Of a DNA stretch of 64,000 bases, positions 34,501 through 45,993 are shown piece by piece. Every line of letters starts with the position of its first letter. The first letter of the stretch is position 1. The position numbers were made by a program, and so were the translations under genes. The DNA lies in contig JAPMXV010000018.1 of the NCBI GenBank assembly GCA_026936335.1, positions 124,001 to 188,000 on the forward strand. The letters are read 5' to 3'. The DNA is from Mantamonas sphyraenae STR306 (taxonomy: Eukaryota > Protista > CRuMs). The notes under the pieces are model-generated. The model saw only the letters and a list, made by a program, of their open reading frames with translations. It searched no databases and had not been told where the DNA came from.

Positions 34501-37500
34501 ACCTTGCTTCCATACGACTCGTTCTTGCGCATGTATCCAGCTGACAGCTGCACGTTCTTGCGGTTGGCAAACACCGTGGCCGTAATCGTCGACGTGTCCA
34601 CCATCGCCTCGACGGGCACCAGTGCGCTGACGCCTTCCGCGAGTTTGGCACCGCCGCCACCGCCACTGCTGCTGCCACTGCTGCTTCCTGCTTTGCCACT
34701 GTCGTTGTTCGGTGTCTGTTTGAGCACGCGGCTGACAGTGGAGGCACCTTGCGCATACAAGCGCTGAGGGTCAAACACATCCTTCTCAAAGGGGAAGCCC
34801 TCGAGGCCAAACGAAGCATGCAGCAGCGCCTGGTTGGCATCTCGCGTGCGATCCAACTGCTGGCCCAGTTTGGCCAGCTCGTCCACACACGCACGATACA
34901 TGCGTTCAGGGTCCAGGGGCCACACCGAGTTGATGACGGAAAACACAAGGGAAACACCCGCCGGGGAAGTCACTTCCGACAATCCACGCAGAGAGGCCAA
35001 CGAACTGTGCAGCATCGACGCCTTGAAGGCCTCGTCGCCCTCTGCCAGCGTCTGCAACAGCTTCACCGTCTGCGTGGCAAGTGTGCTGGTGCCACGGGAC
35101 ACGCAGTTGTTCAGCACAGATTCCACGTCCAGTTTGCTCATCAGTTCCGTACGCACGCTGTCCTGCATGGTGTTGTTGAGCAACGACATGGCCAGTTCCG
35201 CCACGCGTGGCTTGGTGCCCTCGCGGGTGGCCTCCTCAAACAAGGCGAGTTGGAAGTCCACGTTGTCGATCACCTGTGCACGCATGGACACGGGCAATCC
35301 CGTGGCGCCCAACAGACGCACATACAGCTTGACACCCACAGACTGGGACGCGGTGAAGTTGGCGTCCGCCCCTGGGGTCAGTTCCAGCAGCATGTGGCGC
35401 GTGCGCACCGACGTGTTCCACACCGCCCACGTGCTGCTGCCACTGCCACTGTTGTTGCTGTGACCTTGCTTGCTCTGCTTCTTGGCCTTCTTCATGACCA
35501 CACGCGAGCGCGAGGGCACATTCAGCGTATGCATCAGCTGCCAGTCAAGCGTGGTGTTCGCCTGCGTCTCGTCATCCACGGATGGCACCAGATCCACCAG
35601 CCGCATGCCTTGGCTGTCTGCGTCTGCCTCCTTCTCGTGGCTGGGCACACACAACACCTGCACGTCCATGCTGTTCTTGTTGTTGACATTGGGTCGTTCC
35701 TGCACAAGGGTAAACTCCATGCGTGCCACGTGATGGTCGTGTGGCAGCTGCAGCTCCACACGCATGGGCATCATACCACGTTCCAATGCCCGGTCCAGGG
35801 ACAGCTCCATGCACGGTTGCCCTGCATCGTCGCTGCTGCTGCTGCTGCTGCTGCTCACGCCGCTTGCGTCCTCCTCGTCCTCGTCCACGCTGCTTCCTCC
35901 CACCTGCAGCGATTGGTACACACCTGTGCTGCACACAGCGCCGCATGTGATTGCACGCAGGTCGTTGGTGCGGTTCAGCATGGCCAGGTTCTTCAGTTGC
36001 ATGTCCATGGCAACCTCGGGCATATTGTCCACCGAGGCTCCGGCTGCCTGCGCAGTAAACGTGCAGATTTGGCCGTGGGTGGTGAGCGCAGTGAACATGT
36101 GTGTGTTGGGCACGTTGTACACGTCGTAGTAGAAGCCCTTGCCTTGTGTGCTGGGCAGATCCACGCGCAACACTTGCGCGCAGTTGGCCGTCTGCAGCAC
36201 ATACATTCGTCCACCAGGCAGCAGCAGAGACAGGAAGCTCTGCACCTCGCCTGTCTCCGTCGCTTGCTCAAAGTAGTGCATGGCAGGCGGCGGCGGCGTC
36301 TCGCCGTTCTCGCTGGCTTGATCCAACGCATTGCCCGGGATGTTCACACGCGTGGCCAGTGTGAACTGTTGGGTCAGATAGTTGAAGGCAAAGTTGCGCA
36401 GGGGTGGCTGGTAGTCGTCCTGAGCCGGCACAAAGGCCACTGCCAGGCGACGTGCACGCACGTGGTACTCCGAGGCAAACACGCGTCCGTCCACTTTGAA
36501 CACTCGGCGGCCCTCCTCGTCCAAACGCACCTGGCCGTTCTTGCACACGTACGGCATCAGGACGCTCTTGTTCAGTGCCGCACTGTAACCCAGCACGACC
36601 ACCACGCTGTGTGTGTTGCTCGTGCCTCCCAGAACACCCATGGCCACTGCCACACGCGATGCCTCGTCCCCCTCGGCTGCACGTGTGGTTTGCGAGCCCT
36701 CGTGTGCACCACTGGTTTCACTTCCACTGTCGTTGGCACTGACACTGCCGCTGCTGCTACTGCCGCTGCCGCTGCTGCTTCCGCCACTGCTCAAGGCTGC
36801 CTGCTGCTCGTCGTAGTCCACAGCCGCGATGGAACCCAGATCAAACAGCTTGATCGAGTTTGTCTTTTCCATGCGCACCACAGCCACCGAGTCCTTCACC
36901 AGCGACACCAATGTGCCCTTGGAGCCACGGAACGAGTTTGTCGCCTCCGTGTCCACAATGATCACGCGTGTGCCCAGCGCAGCCGGCAGCTGCTCGATGG
37001 TGTGCAGTTTAACCTTGATGGTGTCACCCACAGCAGGCAGCGTGTCGTCCGGCACTGCCCCAGACACGTCCAGCACCTTGACGTTTGTCCTGTGGGCCCC
37101 GTCCACGTTGATCACCTCCACTCGTCCAACCACACCGCTCCACGAGCCCTTGGTCACCTTGACCAGCATGCCCTTGCGACACCATCCGTCCCATTTGGCA
37201 TCCTCGGCCTGGTCCGTCACTTTTTTCAGGAATCCCAATGCCTTGCCTGCCAGTTTCACCCTGCGTCGTGCCGACTTGGACAACTTCTTCCCACTGCCAC
37301 TGGCCTTCGTGGATGCACTGCTGGAAGACGATGTGACACTGCCGCTGCTGCTGCTGCTGCTGCTGCTGCTGCCGACACCATCCGAGTTGCTTCCTTCCTC
37401 CTTGCCGCTGCTTGCGCCGCCCTCACTGGACAGCTGGAGAGGCACGAGATGCACAGCAAGCAGCTCCGGGCTGTCGCTGCACTGAAGCGCCTCCTTGATG

Positions 37501-39075
37501 TCAGCCTGTGTGTCAAAGGTGACGAGACGCTGCAGACCTGCGCCTGCGTCCCACAAATCCACGACGCCGTCGGCACTGGCAGACACCACCATGTCCATTT
37601 CGTTCACAGCATCACAGCTGACAATATCCTGGCCAGCAGACGAGTGGCATGCGCGTGGCATGACACTGCGTGTGACACCCAGCGGCACATTGTCTGTGGG
37701 CAGGCCTCGCACGAAGCGGCAGCTGCTGTTTCTGAACGCATGCACCGACATGGCATCACTCTTGTCTGCCCAGTTGTGCACCTTGAGGCCACAGAAGTAG
37801 CACACCACACGGTCGATGCCTGTCACTGTCTGCACGTCTGACCCCGCCGCAAAGGGCAGCAGCTCTGGGCTCAGGTAGAATCCGGCCTCTGCCATTTCGC
37901 GCCCCTGTGGCGCCCCCGTGTCCCTGTGAGGCCACGTGGCAAACGTTGACAGACGCTTGCTCGTATCGTACATCTGGTCTGCCTCCGGATGCAGGTCCAG
38001 CATGCCCGAGCTGCCGCTTTCGGCCTCTCCAAACATGCCGCCTTCAAACGCCGAGGCCAGATCCACCTCCGAGTCGCTCGATCCATCGCTTGACACGCTC
38101 TCGCTACGTGTGCGCGATGCCGACGATGTGTTGTGATGTTGCATGCTTGTGGTGGCTGCTGCGGCAAGTGTGGCCGCGGGCGATTGGTCCACCGCGCCCA
38201 CCAGTGGTTCCGCGTCGCCGCTGGTTTCCTCAAACACTGCCTGGCGACGGTACAGGCCACGGAATGCCGCGCTGGCCTCTCCCCATCGCTCTGGATGCAC
38301 CTCCAGCAACGTTGCCATCGATTGCTTAAACTCTGTGTACGTCATGTCCACCTCCAGCGTCGCGTACTGGGGGCCACACACAAAAGTGTCAGACCCTCCC
38401 GAAACCCAAGATGATGATTATTGGGGGCTGGGCCTGGTGTGCACACGCTTCTGCTCACTCACCTTGGCACTCTTCATGGAACGCGACTGCTGCGCCTGCT
38501 CCACTGCCTGCGTGTGCTCCTCTGCGTGCTGGCGCATCAGAGCCACAAGCGGGCAGTCGGCTTGATCAACAAGGCCTTCCAACGCAGCCACGATGGCCAC
38601 TGCCTGGTTGGAGGGCATGGTAAAATGCACCGTGTCTTGCACAGACGTTGGTGCGTGTGATGCCAGATCAGACACCACCAGTGTGTGCTGCGTGTGCGGG
38701 TGTGCGTGCGTTGTGTGTGTGTGTGTGTGCGGGGGGTCGTCATGTGTTTGCGTCAGAATTCCTGCGAAACCACACTCGGATCTGCTTTCCGGCTCCTCCC
38801 ACCCCCCACCCCCCTCCCCGCATTCTCTCCACGTCCAAACCTACCTCTGCATGTGGACTCAGCAGCTGCATCGTGTTGCCGCTGACCACCACAAAGGTGT
38901 CGTTGTCGTTGACCTTGAGCAGTTTGCTGGCTTGCTCAACTGTGGTCGACGCCACCGTGCTGCCTGTGTGTTCGTCCAACACGTGCATTGTGTGTGTCCC
39001 CTGATCATCCGTGCCAGACACAAGCACCAGTTCGGTGCTTCGCTGCACAGATTTGGGATGGAATGTGCTTGCCAT
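25305..39075 (-). CDS. BIRC6: Giant BIR-UBC protein BIRC6/BRUCE; exons 39075-38845, 38687-38463, 38366-25305; possible extra 5' exon from ATG 39391
   Basis: BIR domain RLSTFATWPH..MAEAGFY..DRVVCYFC...W......H......C; YWAKGTGYG; SCLLPVMESYLRNDSVMDM; UBC ITGPADTPYANGCFQFD...[20 protein letters not shown]; both introns GT-AG phase 0. Confidence 0.93.
31485..31556. repeat. (GCT)24 microsatellite encoding poly-Ser in BIRC6
   Basis: Uninterrupted GCT run; shorter runs occur near 26195, 29935, 35835 and 37345. Confidence 0.9.
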
Positions 39076-39498
39076 ACGTGTGTTTTTTGCAGTGGTTCCT
39101 GCCCCGCCTGCGCACTGTATTGTTGTTGTTTCCCCCCACATCCCTTCCCTATCCCTCTCAGCCCTTTCCTTTGCCCTTCACTGCTCTCGCTCGTGGCAAC
39201 ACAGGCAACACGGCGTTTCCAAACGCCAATCCTTCCTCCCCTCCCGACACAAACGTGCCCGTGGTTTCACGCAACTCTTCCTCTGCGCTCGCACGGAGCA
39301 TTTGCATCCGTTGCAACTGTTTTCTATTGTCTTGAAGATCCTCCTGGCCCATCTCTGCCGCCTCCAGCAGGTCGCCCAGCGACTTTGTCATTGGCTGCTC
39401 CCCCAACCACACACACAAGACGTCAGTGCCCTCCCACCTCCATGTGAACGCCATCTCACATCACCACCCACACACACACGTACAGCAACAAACTCGCT

Positions 39499-41061
39499 TT
39501 ATGGGTCTGCGTCTGAGCTTGGCTGCGCCCGCGACATGACGACCGGATCCATCTCACCATCGTCATCGTCATCACCATCACCATCACCATCACCACTTTG
39601 CTTGACCTCATCCGCAGGCAGTACAGGCACAAACGCCTGTGTGGACATGGTGGACACTGTGGTGGAGGCCGTGGATGTGGTGACTCCACCCTCCACCGTG
39701 GTGGTCTCCACCTCCACCACCTGTGTCTCCACCACCACTGTCGTCCCTTCCTCCTTCTCTGCCTCGTCCAGAGTGCCCTCTTGTTCCAGGCTCCCCGACG
39801 GTCCCTCTCCACTCGAGGCCAGCGAAGCCTCCCATTCCGCATCCTTCTCCGCCATCAACGCAGCAAACTCCTTCTCCAGTCCCAAAAGCTGGGCCAGCTT
39901 GGTGACCCCTTCGTCCGCCGTGCCCGTGTGCAACACGTCCCGGAACGCACCCTCCTCGTCGCTAAACACAAACTGGTCTCGTCCCACAGCCTCCATGTTG
40001 ATCAGCAGACGCGGGACGTCCGCACCCACCCGTGTCACCAATCCGGCAAAGGGTTGCACCTGAAGCGATGTACCAATCACAATCAGTGCGTGTGCACGCT
40101 GAAAGTCCTGTGCAGACATCGTGTGGAAGCGTCTCGGCAGCGATTCGCCGAAAAACACAATGTCCGGCTTCACCATGCCCCCACACCGTGCACACTTGGG
40201 CACATTTCCACTCATGATTTCCTGGCGCACATCCTCTGTCGAATGCGCCTGCTTGCAGTCTGGATTCACGCAGTGCGACGACGAGAACGATCCGTGCGCC
40301 TCCACAAGCTTGTCACCAGGCATCCCAGCCACTCGTTCCAGCGTATCGATGTTCTGTGTGTAATTACGCAGAAGCATGTTGTTTTGGTGCAGCAGAAGCA
40401 GAAAGTAGTGCACAGGCGTTGGCTTGAAATTCCCTGGGAAAAGGTGAAGGGGGGGGCGACAAACGGAAGGATCGCAAAGGTCAAGGAGCAAACAACCGGG
40501 TGTGTACACGCACACAAGACGTATCCCTTTCTACGACTCCACTCACTGCATATCGCATGCACTGTCCACACACACACATTGCCTCCATGCACACAACATG
40601 CCCATTCACCCGCTGCGAGAGGCTTGTGCAGGTTCCGCGCGCAATTCCCGCAAACACACGTTATCCAAGGATATCTCACGCGCCAGCGTGTAAAACGGCA
40701 ACGGGTTCTCCACAAAGTATTCGATGTCAAAGATGGCTTCCGGGTAGGGCAGGTCATACTTCTCCAGGTTGTCATACAGGCCCGAACCGGGTGTGCGGAA
40801 GTCCGGGATCCCAGCGGACACCGACACCCCCGCACCGGTCATCACAATCACATTCACCGTGCCCTTTTCCTTTTTCACATCCAACAGGTACTGCGCAAAC
40901 CCTTCCAAATCCAACGAAGGCAGAATCTGCTCACGGCCTTTGATGCGCCTGTCCACAAACAAGTTGCCCTGCATGCCCATCAGCGCTGCCTCCAGCTCCT
41001 CCTGCGTCATGTTGCCACTCTCCAACAGTTCGCGTGCCTCTGCAGACAGTTCGTTGCCCAT
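39499..41061 (-). CDS. SIRT2: NAD-dependent deacylase, SIRT2/Hst2 class; exons 41061-40675, 40443-39499
   Basis: MTGAGVSVSAGIPDFRTPGSGLY, YTQNIDTLE, VEAHGSF, KPDIVFFGE, GTSLQVQPFA; the intron splits ARE|LFPG. Confidence 0.93.
40444..40674 (-). other. U12-type AT-AC intron in the sirtuin
   Basis: 5' ATATCCTT at 40674; branch CTCCTTGAC at 40488-40480; 3' CAC ending 40444; removal yields the conserved FYTLARE-LFPGNFKPT. Confidence 0.9.
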
Positions 41062-41156
41062 ACTTGCACCTGTGGATGGGAATGTTGGCCCATCCGTCGC
41101 CCCCCTCCCCCCACCCTCACAACACAATCAATCAACACCCACAACCCTGCCTTGGC

Positions 41157-42260
41157 ATGTCTTCCCTCCTGGGCATCTATTCGGGCAGTGGGTCGTCGTC
41201 GTCGTCGTCGTCGGGAGGCACCCATGCGTCGACGACGGCGTCGCTGGTGAAGAAGAAGCAACGCGAGGAACGACGCGCTCGCCGTGCACGTCGCAAGAAG
41301 CTGAAGGAGCAACAGAAGCAGAGTGAAGAGACACGCAAGCGATTGGAGATGGAGGAGAAGGAGGCAGCCATGACGGAGGAGGAAAAGATTGCCATGCAGG
41401 AACAACTGCAGGCGGAAATCATGGAGCAGCTGTACGTTGAGCTGGTGCAGACGGGCCGCCTGGATCTCAGTTACAGGGGCATTGAAGAGATCCCCGATCT
41501 GCTGTATGACTTGGACATCCTGAAGGAACCGCTTCTGGAGGATGTCAAGGGCCAACGCTTCGGCAGGGGTGGCGAAGACTCGGCCCGGCCGTTTCGCGAG
41601 TTGCATCTTAGCGGGAACCGGTTTAGCACGCTGCCACGCAAGCTGGGCCACACCTTTGACTTTATCTCTGAATTCTATGTATTTGACAACCAGTTGGACA
41701 GTGTGCCGCGTGCTGTGGGCTACATGCAGCACCTGGAGGTGCTTGTCATGTGTCGCAACCAAATCACCTCCATCCACCCAGACCTGGCCAAGCTCGAACG
41801 CCTGCGTGTGTTGGATCTCTCCCACAACCGTCTCGATGCCATTCCAGACTTTCTCAACGACTTTATCTTTCTGGAAGAGCTTCTGCTGGCCAGCAACGAG
41901 TTGACGACACTCCCGGCCACTCCCCGCCTTCGCATGCTGCGTGTGTTGGACCTGGACGACAACCACATGGAGCGTCTGCCCCCACGCATGGATGCCCTGC
42001 ACAGTCTGCACACACTTCTGTTGCATCGCAACCGTCTGGTGGCCCTTCCTTCGGAGCTGGCCCAGTGTGACAATCTGACCCAGCTCAATGTGCTGGGCAA
42101 CCCACTGGTGTGTCCACCCATCGGTTGGGCACAACACCAGCAACCTTCCACCATCCGCACCTATCTCCAAGCCTACGCCGACCAGGACACCTACGATCTG
42201 GTCGACGAACTCGAACCCGAAAAGTTCCAATGGGAGCCCAATTCGTGTGTCATTCTTTGA
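41157..42260 (+). CDS. Leucine-rich repeat protein with N-terminal coiled coil and C-terminal CaaX (CVIL)
   Basis: Repeated LxxLxLxxNxL motifs, NPL..PP cap, ends CVIL-stop. Confidence 0.85.
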   Translation: MSSLLGIYSGSGSSSSSSSGGTHASTTASLVKKKQREERRARRARRKKLKEQQKQSEETRKRLEMEEKEAAMTEEEKIAMQEQLQAEIMEQLYVELVQTGRLDLSYRGIEEIPDLLYDLDILKEPLLEDVKGQRFGRGGEDSARPFRELHLSGNRFSTLPRKLGHTFDFISEFYVFDNQLDSVPRAVGYMQHLEVLVMCRNQITSIHPDLAKLERLRVLDLSHNRLDAIPDFLNDFIFLEELLLASNELTTLPATPRLRMLRVLDLDDNHMERLPPRMDALHSLHTLLLHRNRLVALPSELAQCDNLTQLNVLGNPLVCPPIGWAQHQQPSTIRTYLQAYADQDTYDLVDELEPEKFQWEPNSCVIL

Positions 42261-42263
42261 TGG

Positions 42264-42297
<34 letters not shown>

Positions 42298-42369
42298 GCC
42301 ATGACAGCAACGGAAACAACACCCAATGCTTTTACATGTTCTGCTCTGCGCACTCCTGCCCAGAACTTC

Positions 42370-45300
42370 ATGAGCACCGACAAAGAGTCCAAAACGCTGT
42401 GGAAGTCCCTGTTCAGCGTATTTGGCAGCACAGGACGTGACAAAGACTCTCCCACTTTGTCGTCCACCTCGTCGTCTGCCCTCTCCCAGGACGCTCCGTT
42501 TGATCTCGAGGCCTCCACCGACGACGACAGCGATGACGATAGTGACCGCTACGACGACGCCCAGGACTTTTTCCTCGACGACGAAGGTACGCAGCAATGC
42601 CTGTCTTGCTTCCCTCCTCCCATCCATCTCCCTCTGTGTCCTTTGTCTCCCATGCATGCCGCTCACCGCCTGAACGCACAATCCACGCCCTCCGATCCCA
42701 CCCCCCGTCCTCCACACACCCCCACACAGAGATCCTGGCCGACTATGGCGACGCAGATGAGGTGCAAACAAACACCATCACACGTCTCCAACTCCTGTCT
42801 GCCCACAAGGACATCGTGCGGTGCGCACAGGCCCTTGACTCCAAAAGGTACCCATTTGAGCCAAAAAGCCCCAAAGCTTGTGGGGCCTTTTTACTCGCCC
42901 GCAAGACGGTGGGCACGCGTGTAGCGTCGCCCAAACAACACGACGGGGGTGTGTCCCTATCATGCGCATACGCTGACACGGTTTGGTTGTGAACGCAGGC
43001 TTGCAACGGCGTCAGACGATGGAAAAGTGATTGTGTGGGAGTACGCAAGCGGGAAGCGACTGATGACGCTTCACGGGCACACACGGCCTGTGCGGTGCAT
43101 GCTTGTCCTCAAGGTGCCCATGCACACCTACGAGGGTACCTTTGCCAACGGCAATGGGGCCAACAGTGGAGGTGGGAGCAGTAGCAACACCAACAGCACC
43201 CTGGGCACCCAGGGCTCAGAGGGCGCAAGCGGGGTGAGCGATGAGACGACGACGACGGCGGAGCGCACCTTTTCACCCGTGTCCACCCTCTCCAACACGT
43301 CCACGTCGACAGGAGCGGCAACGGACAAGAACTGGCAGTTGCTGTTGGTGACAGGGTCGGCGGACAAGACGATGAAGCTGTGGAATCTGGAAAGCGGGGA
43401 GTTGATCAACACGCTGGAGAAGCTGCACGACGGGGCCGTCACAAGCCTGTGTCTGCTCCAGGACGGACTCTCCTTCCTCAGCGCAGCCAATGACCAGAGT
43501 TTGGGAGTGTGGGATTGGAAGGGAGCGCTGTTGCGACGCATCCAACGCGTGGACCAGGATTCGCTGTCCTGCCTGCTGGCCCTGGGTGACGGACGCGTGC
43601 TCACCGCCTCATCCGACGCCTCCATCACCTGCTACGACGCCGACAAGGGGTCGTACATCAAGACCATGCACGAACACAGGGAATCGGTGACATGTATGGT
43701 GCACATCAACGAACACATGTTTGCCTCGGCCAGTCTGGACGGCTGCATCAAGGTGTGGGACACCGTGTCCTTGCAGCTGGTCAAGACCCTCAACGACCAC
43801 GACGTGTTTGTGGACCAACACACAAAGGCATTCACATACACAGTCCAATGCCTCCTGCCCCTGGGTGAGTTGTACCTGGCTGCAGGCGTCGGCAACGGCT
43901 TTGCCGTGTTTGACATCACCACAGGCGAGTGTGTCCTCCAATCCACAGACGCCCATCGCAGCACCGTCACAGACATCATTAGTCTGTACGATGGCACACG
44001 TCTCGTCACAGCGTCCGCAGACACCTCCATCCGTTTGTGGGGCTGGAATCATCAAACGCTGCTCACGCGCATCCGAGCACGCTATTCACGCAAGCGAAAG
44101 CACCACAAGGCGTCAAGCAGTGGCAATGGCACCACTGGATCCACAACCGGCACCAATAGCAGCAACAGTACGGCCACAGGCACGGCCTCGGCCTCATCAT
44201 CTTCATCCACCGCTGGTGGTGGTGGTAGGGTACGCATGGCAAGCACAAGTGGAGGGCCAGCACCGTACGAAATCGAATCCTTTCTGGTGAAACCGAGGCA
44301 ATTGGGTGAGTTGCAGGCACACACGGCGGCAATCAACTCGCTGCTGGCATGCAACGAACACAGCTTTGTGTCGTGTGGCTCCGAGGGGTTGGTGGTGTTG
44401 TGGAAGGATGGCATGCTGCAAGACGAGCTGCACAACGCCATGGCCACGGCCTTTCTGCAGGAACAGCAGCTCATCGAAGAGTTTATTGTCAGCAAGCGCA
44501 TGGGCCACAATCGCAAGAGCCACCCATTGCTCTCACGCCAGAGCTCCATCATTGCCGAACGCATCCGTCGCAACAGCAAGTCCCTCAGTGCTGCCGACTT
44601 GGCGCTCAACAACGTGGTGCGTCATGGTTTGGATGACGTCGACAGCGACGACGATCCGCGTGTGTCTGTGTTTGTGCCGCCGCAGGATGTCCTTCTGGAC
44701 GAATCGTACTCGGGCGAGCAACAGCAGCAACAACGGCAACAGCAGCCATCATCCACCCAGTCAGGCACCGATCGACACACCATGGAAGCTCTGTATGACA
44801 CTGTGGTCGATTCGAGCCATGCTGGAGAAGACACCCTCATGTACCATACCGACAATCGCACCATGTATGGCAACGACAACCAAGACAGTCATAGCCACCA
44901 CCACACCAACGACGACCACAACGACCACGACGACGACGACGACGTGCCTTCCGACACGGAAACAGAAGCCTCATTGGACTCCACCGATCCGGGTGCCATC
45001 GACATGTACAGCGACGCCCTCACCAGCCCAAGACGCACTCCGGACAACATGTCCTCTACTCCTGGCTATGGTCCCAATGCCTCTCCTGGCATGCCCTCCC
45101 CATCCAAGGACGGACTGGCTGGCACTGCCCTCTCCGACGAAATGGCTGCTCGCCACAGAGCCGTCCTCCTCATGAGCTTCCTCGACATGCACAGTTCACC
45201 CGCCCTTGTGCGACAGCAGCAGCAGGCTGGCTTCCTGGCCCTCCAGGACAACCACTTTCACTTGGAAACCGAAGACAAACCGGGCTACTCGTACGGCAGG

Positions 45301-45894
45301 TCCCAAGGAGGCGCCACCACTCCGTCTGCCATGACCCCAAGTGGCGCCCCACTCTGGCGAAGGGGTGCTTCACGCACAACCATCCAACAGCAGCGCTACT
45401 GGACCCCCGTCGCAAACGCCTCCCTCTCCTGGCTCACCTCTCGCGACAACAGCCTCCTCGGCAGCAGCTTTGGCTCGCCCAGCAAGCATCAAAGCAGCAC
45501 CGACAGCACCTCCTCCATGGATTCCCCAGGCGCCCTTCTCTCCAGCATCCCGGCGCGCTCCAACAGCTTCCTCACTCCCAGCCTCAAGAGCATCGACAGC
45601 GACCTTACCAACGGCGTGCCCGACGTCCCAGCCAGTGTCTGGGAGGTAGCACACACCCTACGCACAGACCGTGGCTTTGCAGTCACTCAGGTCATCTCCT
45701 ACCTTCGCATCCTCGGCGTCCACGAAGAGGTCCTGTTTGCTGCCGCAAAGAAGATGCGCCTCGACAGCAAACCCGTCTATAGCAGCAGCTCTGCAGCCTC
45801 CAACCTCGCCAACCTCCAGTCCGGTGTAGTCACGGGCCGCGACGTCTTTCAAAAGGCACAGCGCATCGAGAACCTGCGCACACGCCTGTTCTGA
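42370..45894 (+). CDS. WDR41: WD40 protein, WDR41-like; exons 42370-42586, 42730-42847, 42999-45894
   Basis: LLSAHKDIVR....LDSKRLATASDDGKVIVW...SGKRLMTLHGHT resembles the WDR41 N-terminus; late FVSCGSEGLVVLWKDG; two GT-AG introns in compatible phases. Confidence 0.78.
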
Positions 45895-45993
45895 GAATGA
45901 AATGAAGTCATAAATTTTGATTCATGCTCAAATTGTGCGCCATAGTTGTTTGGTTCGATTTGACTCTGAATCAAAATTTCTGCATCTATTTGT

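Noticed and set aside
39499-39501. Genome-wide TAA/TAG reassignment
   Set aside because: TGA dominates, but TAG and TAA end conserved or plausible C-termini elsewhere (3226, 8705, 61622) and no in-frame stops interrupt conserved domains.
42245-42370. LRR-WD40 single fused gene
   Set aside because: The best donor is out of phase with nearby acceptors; the LRR ORF ends in CaaX and the WD40 ORF has its own ATG.
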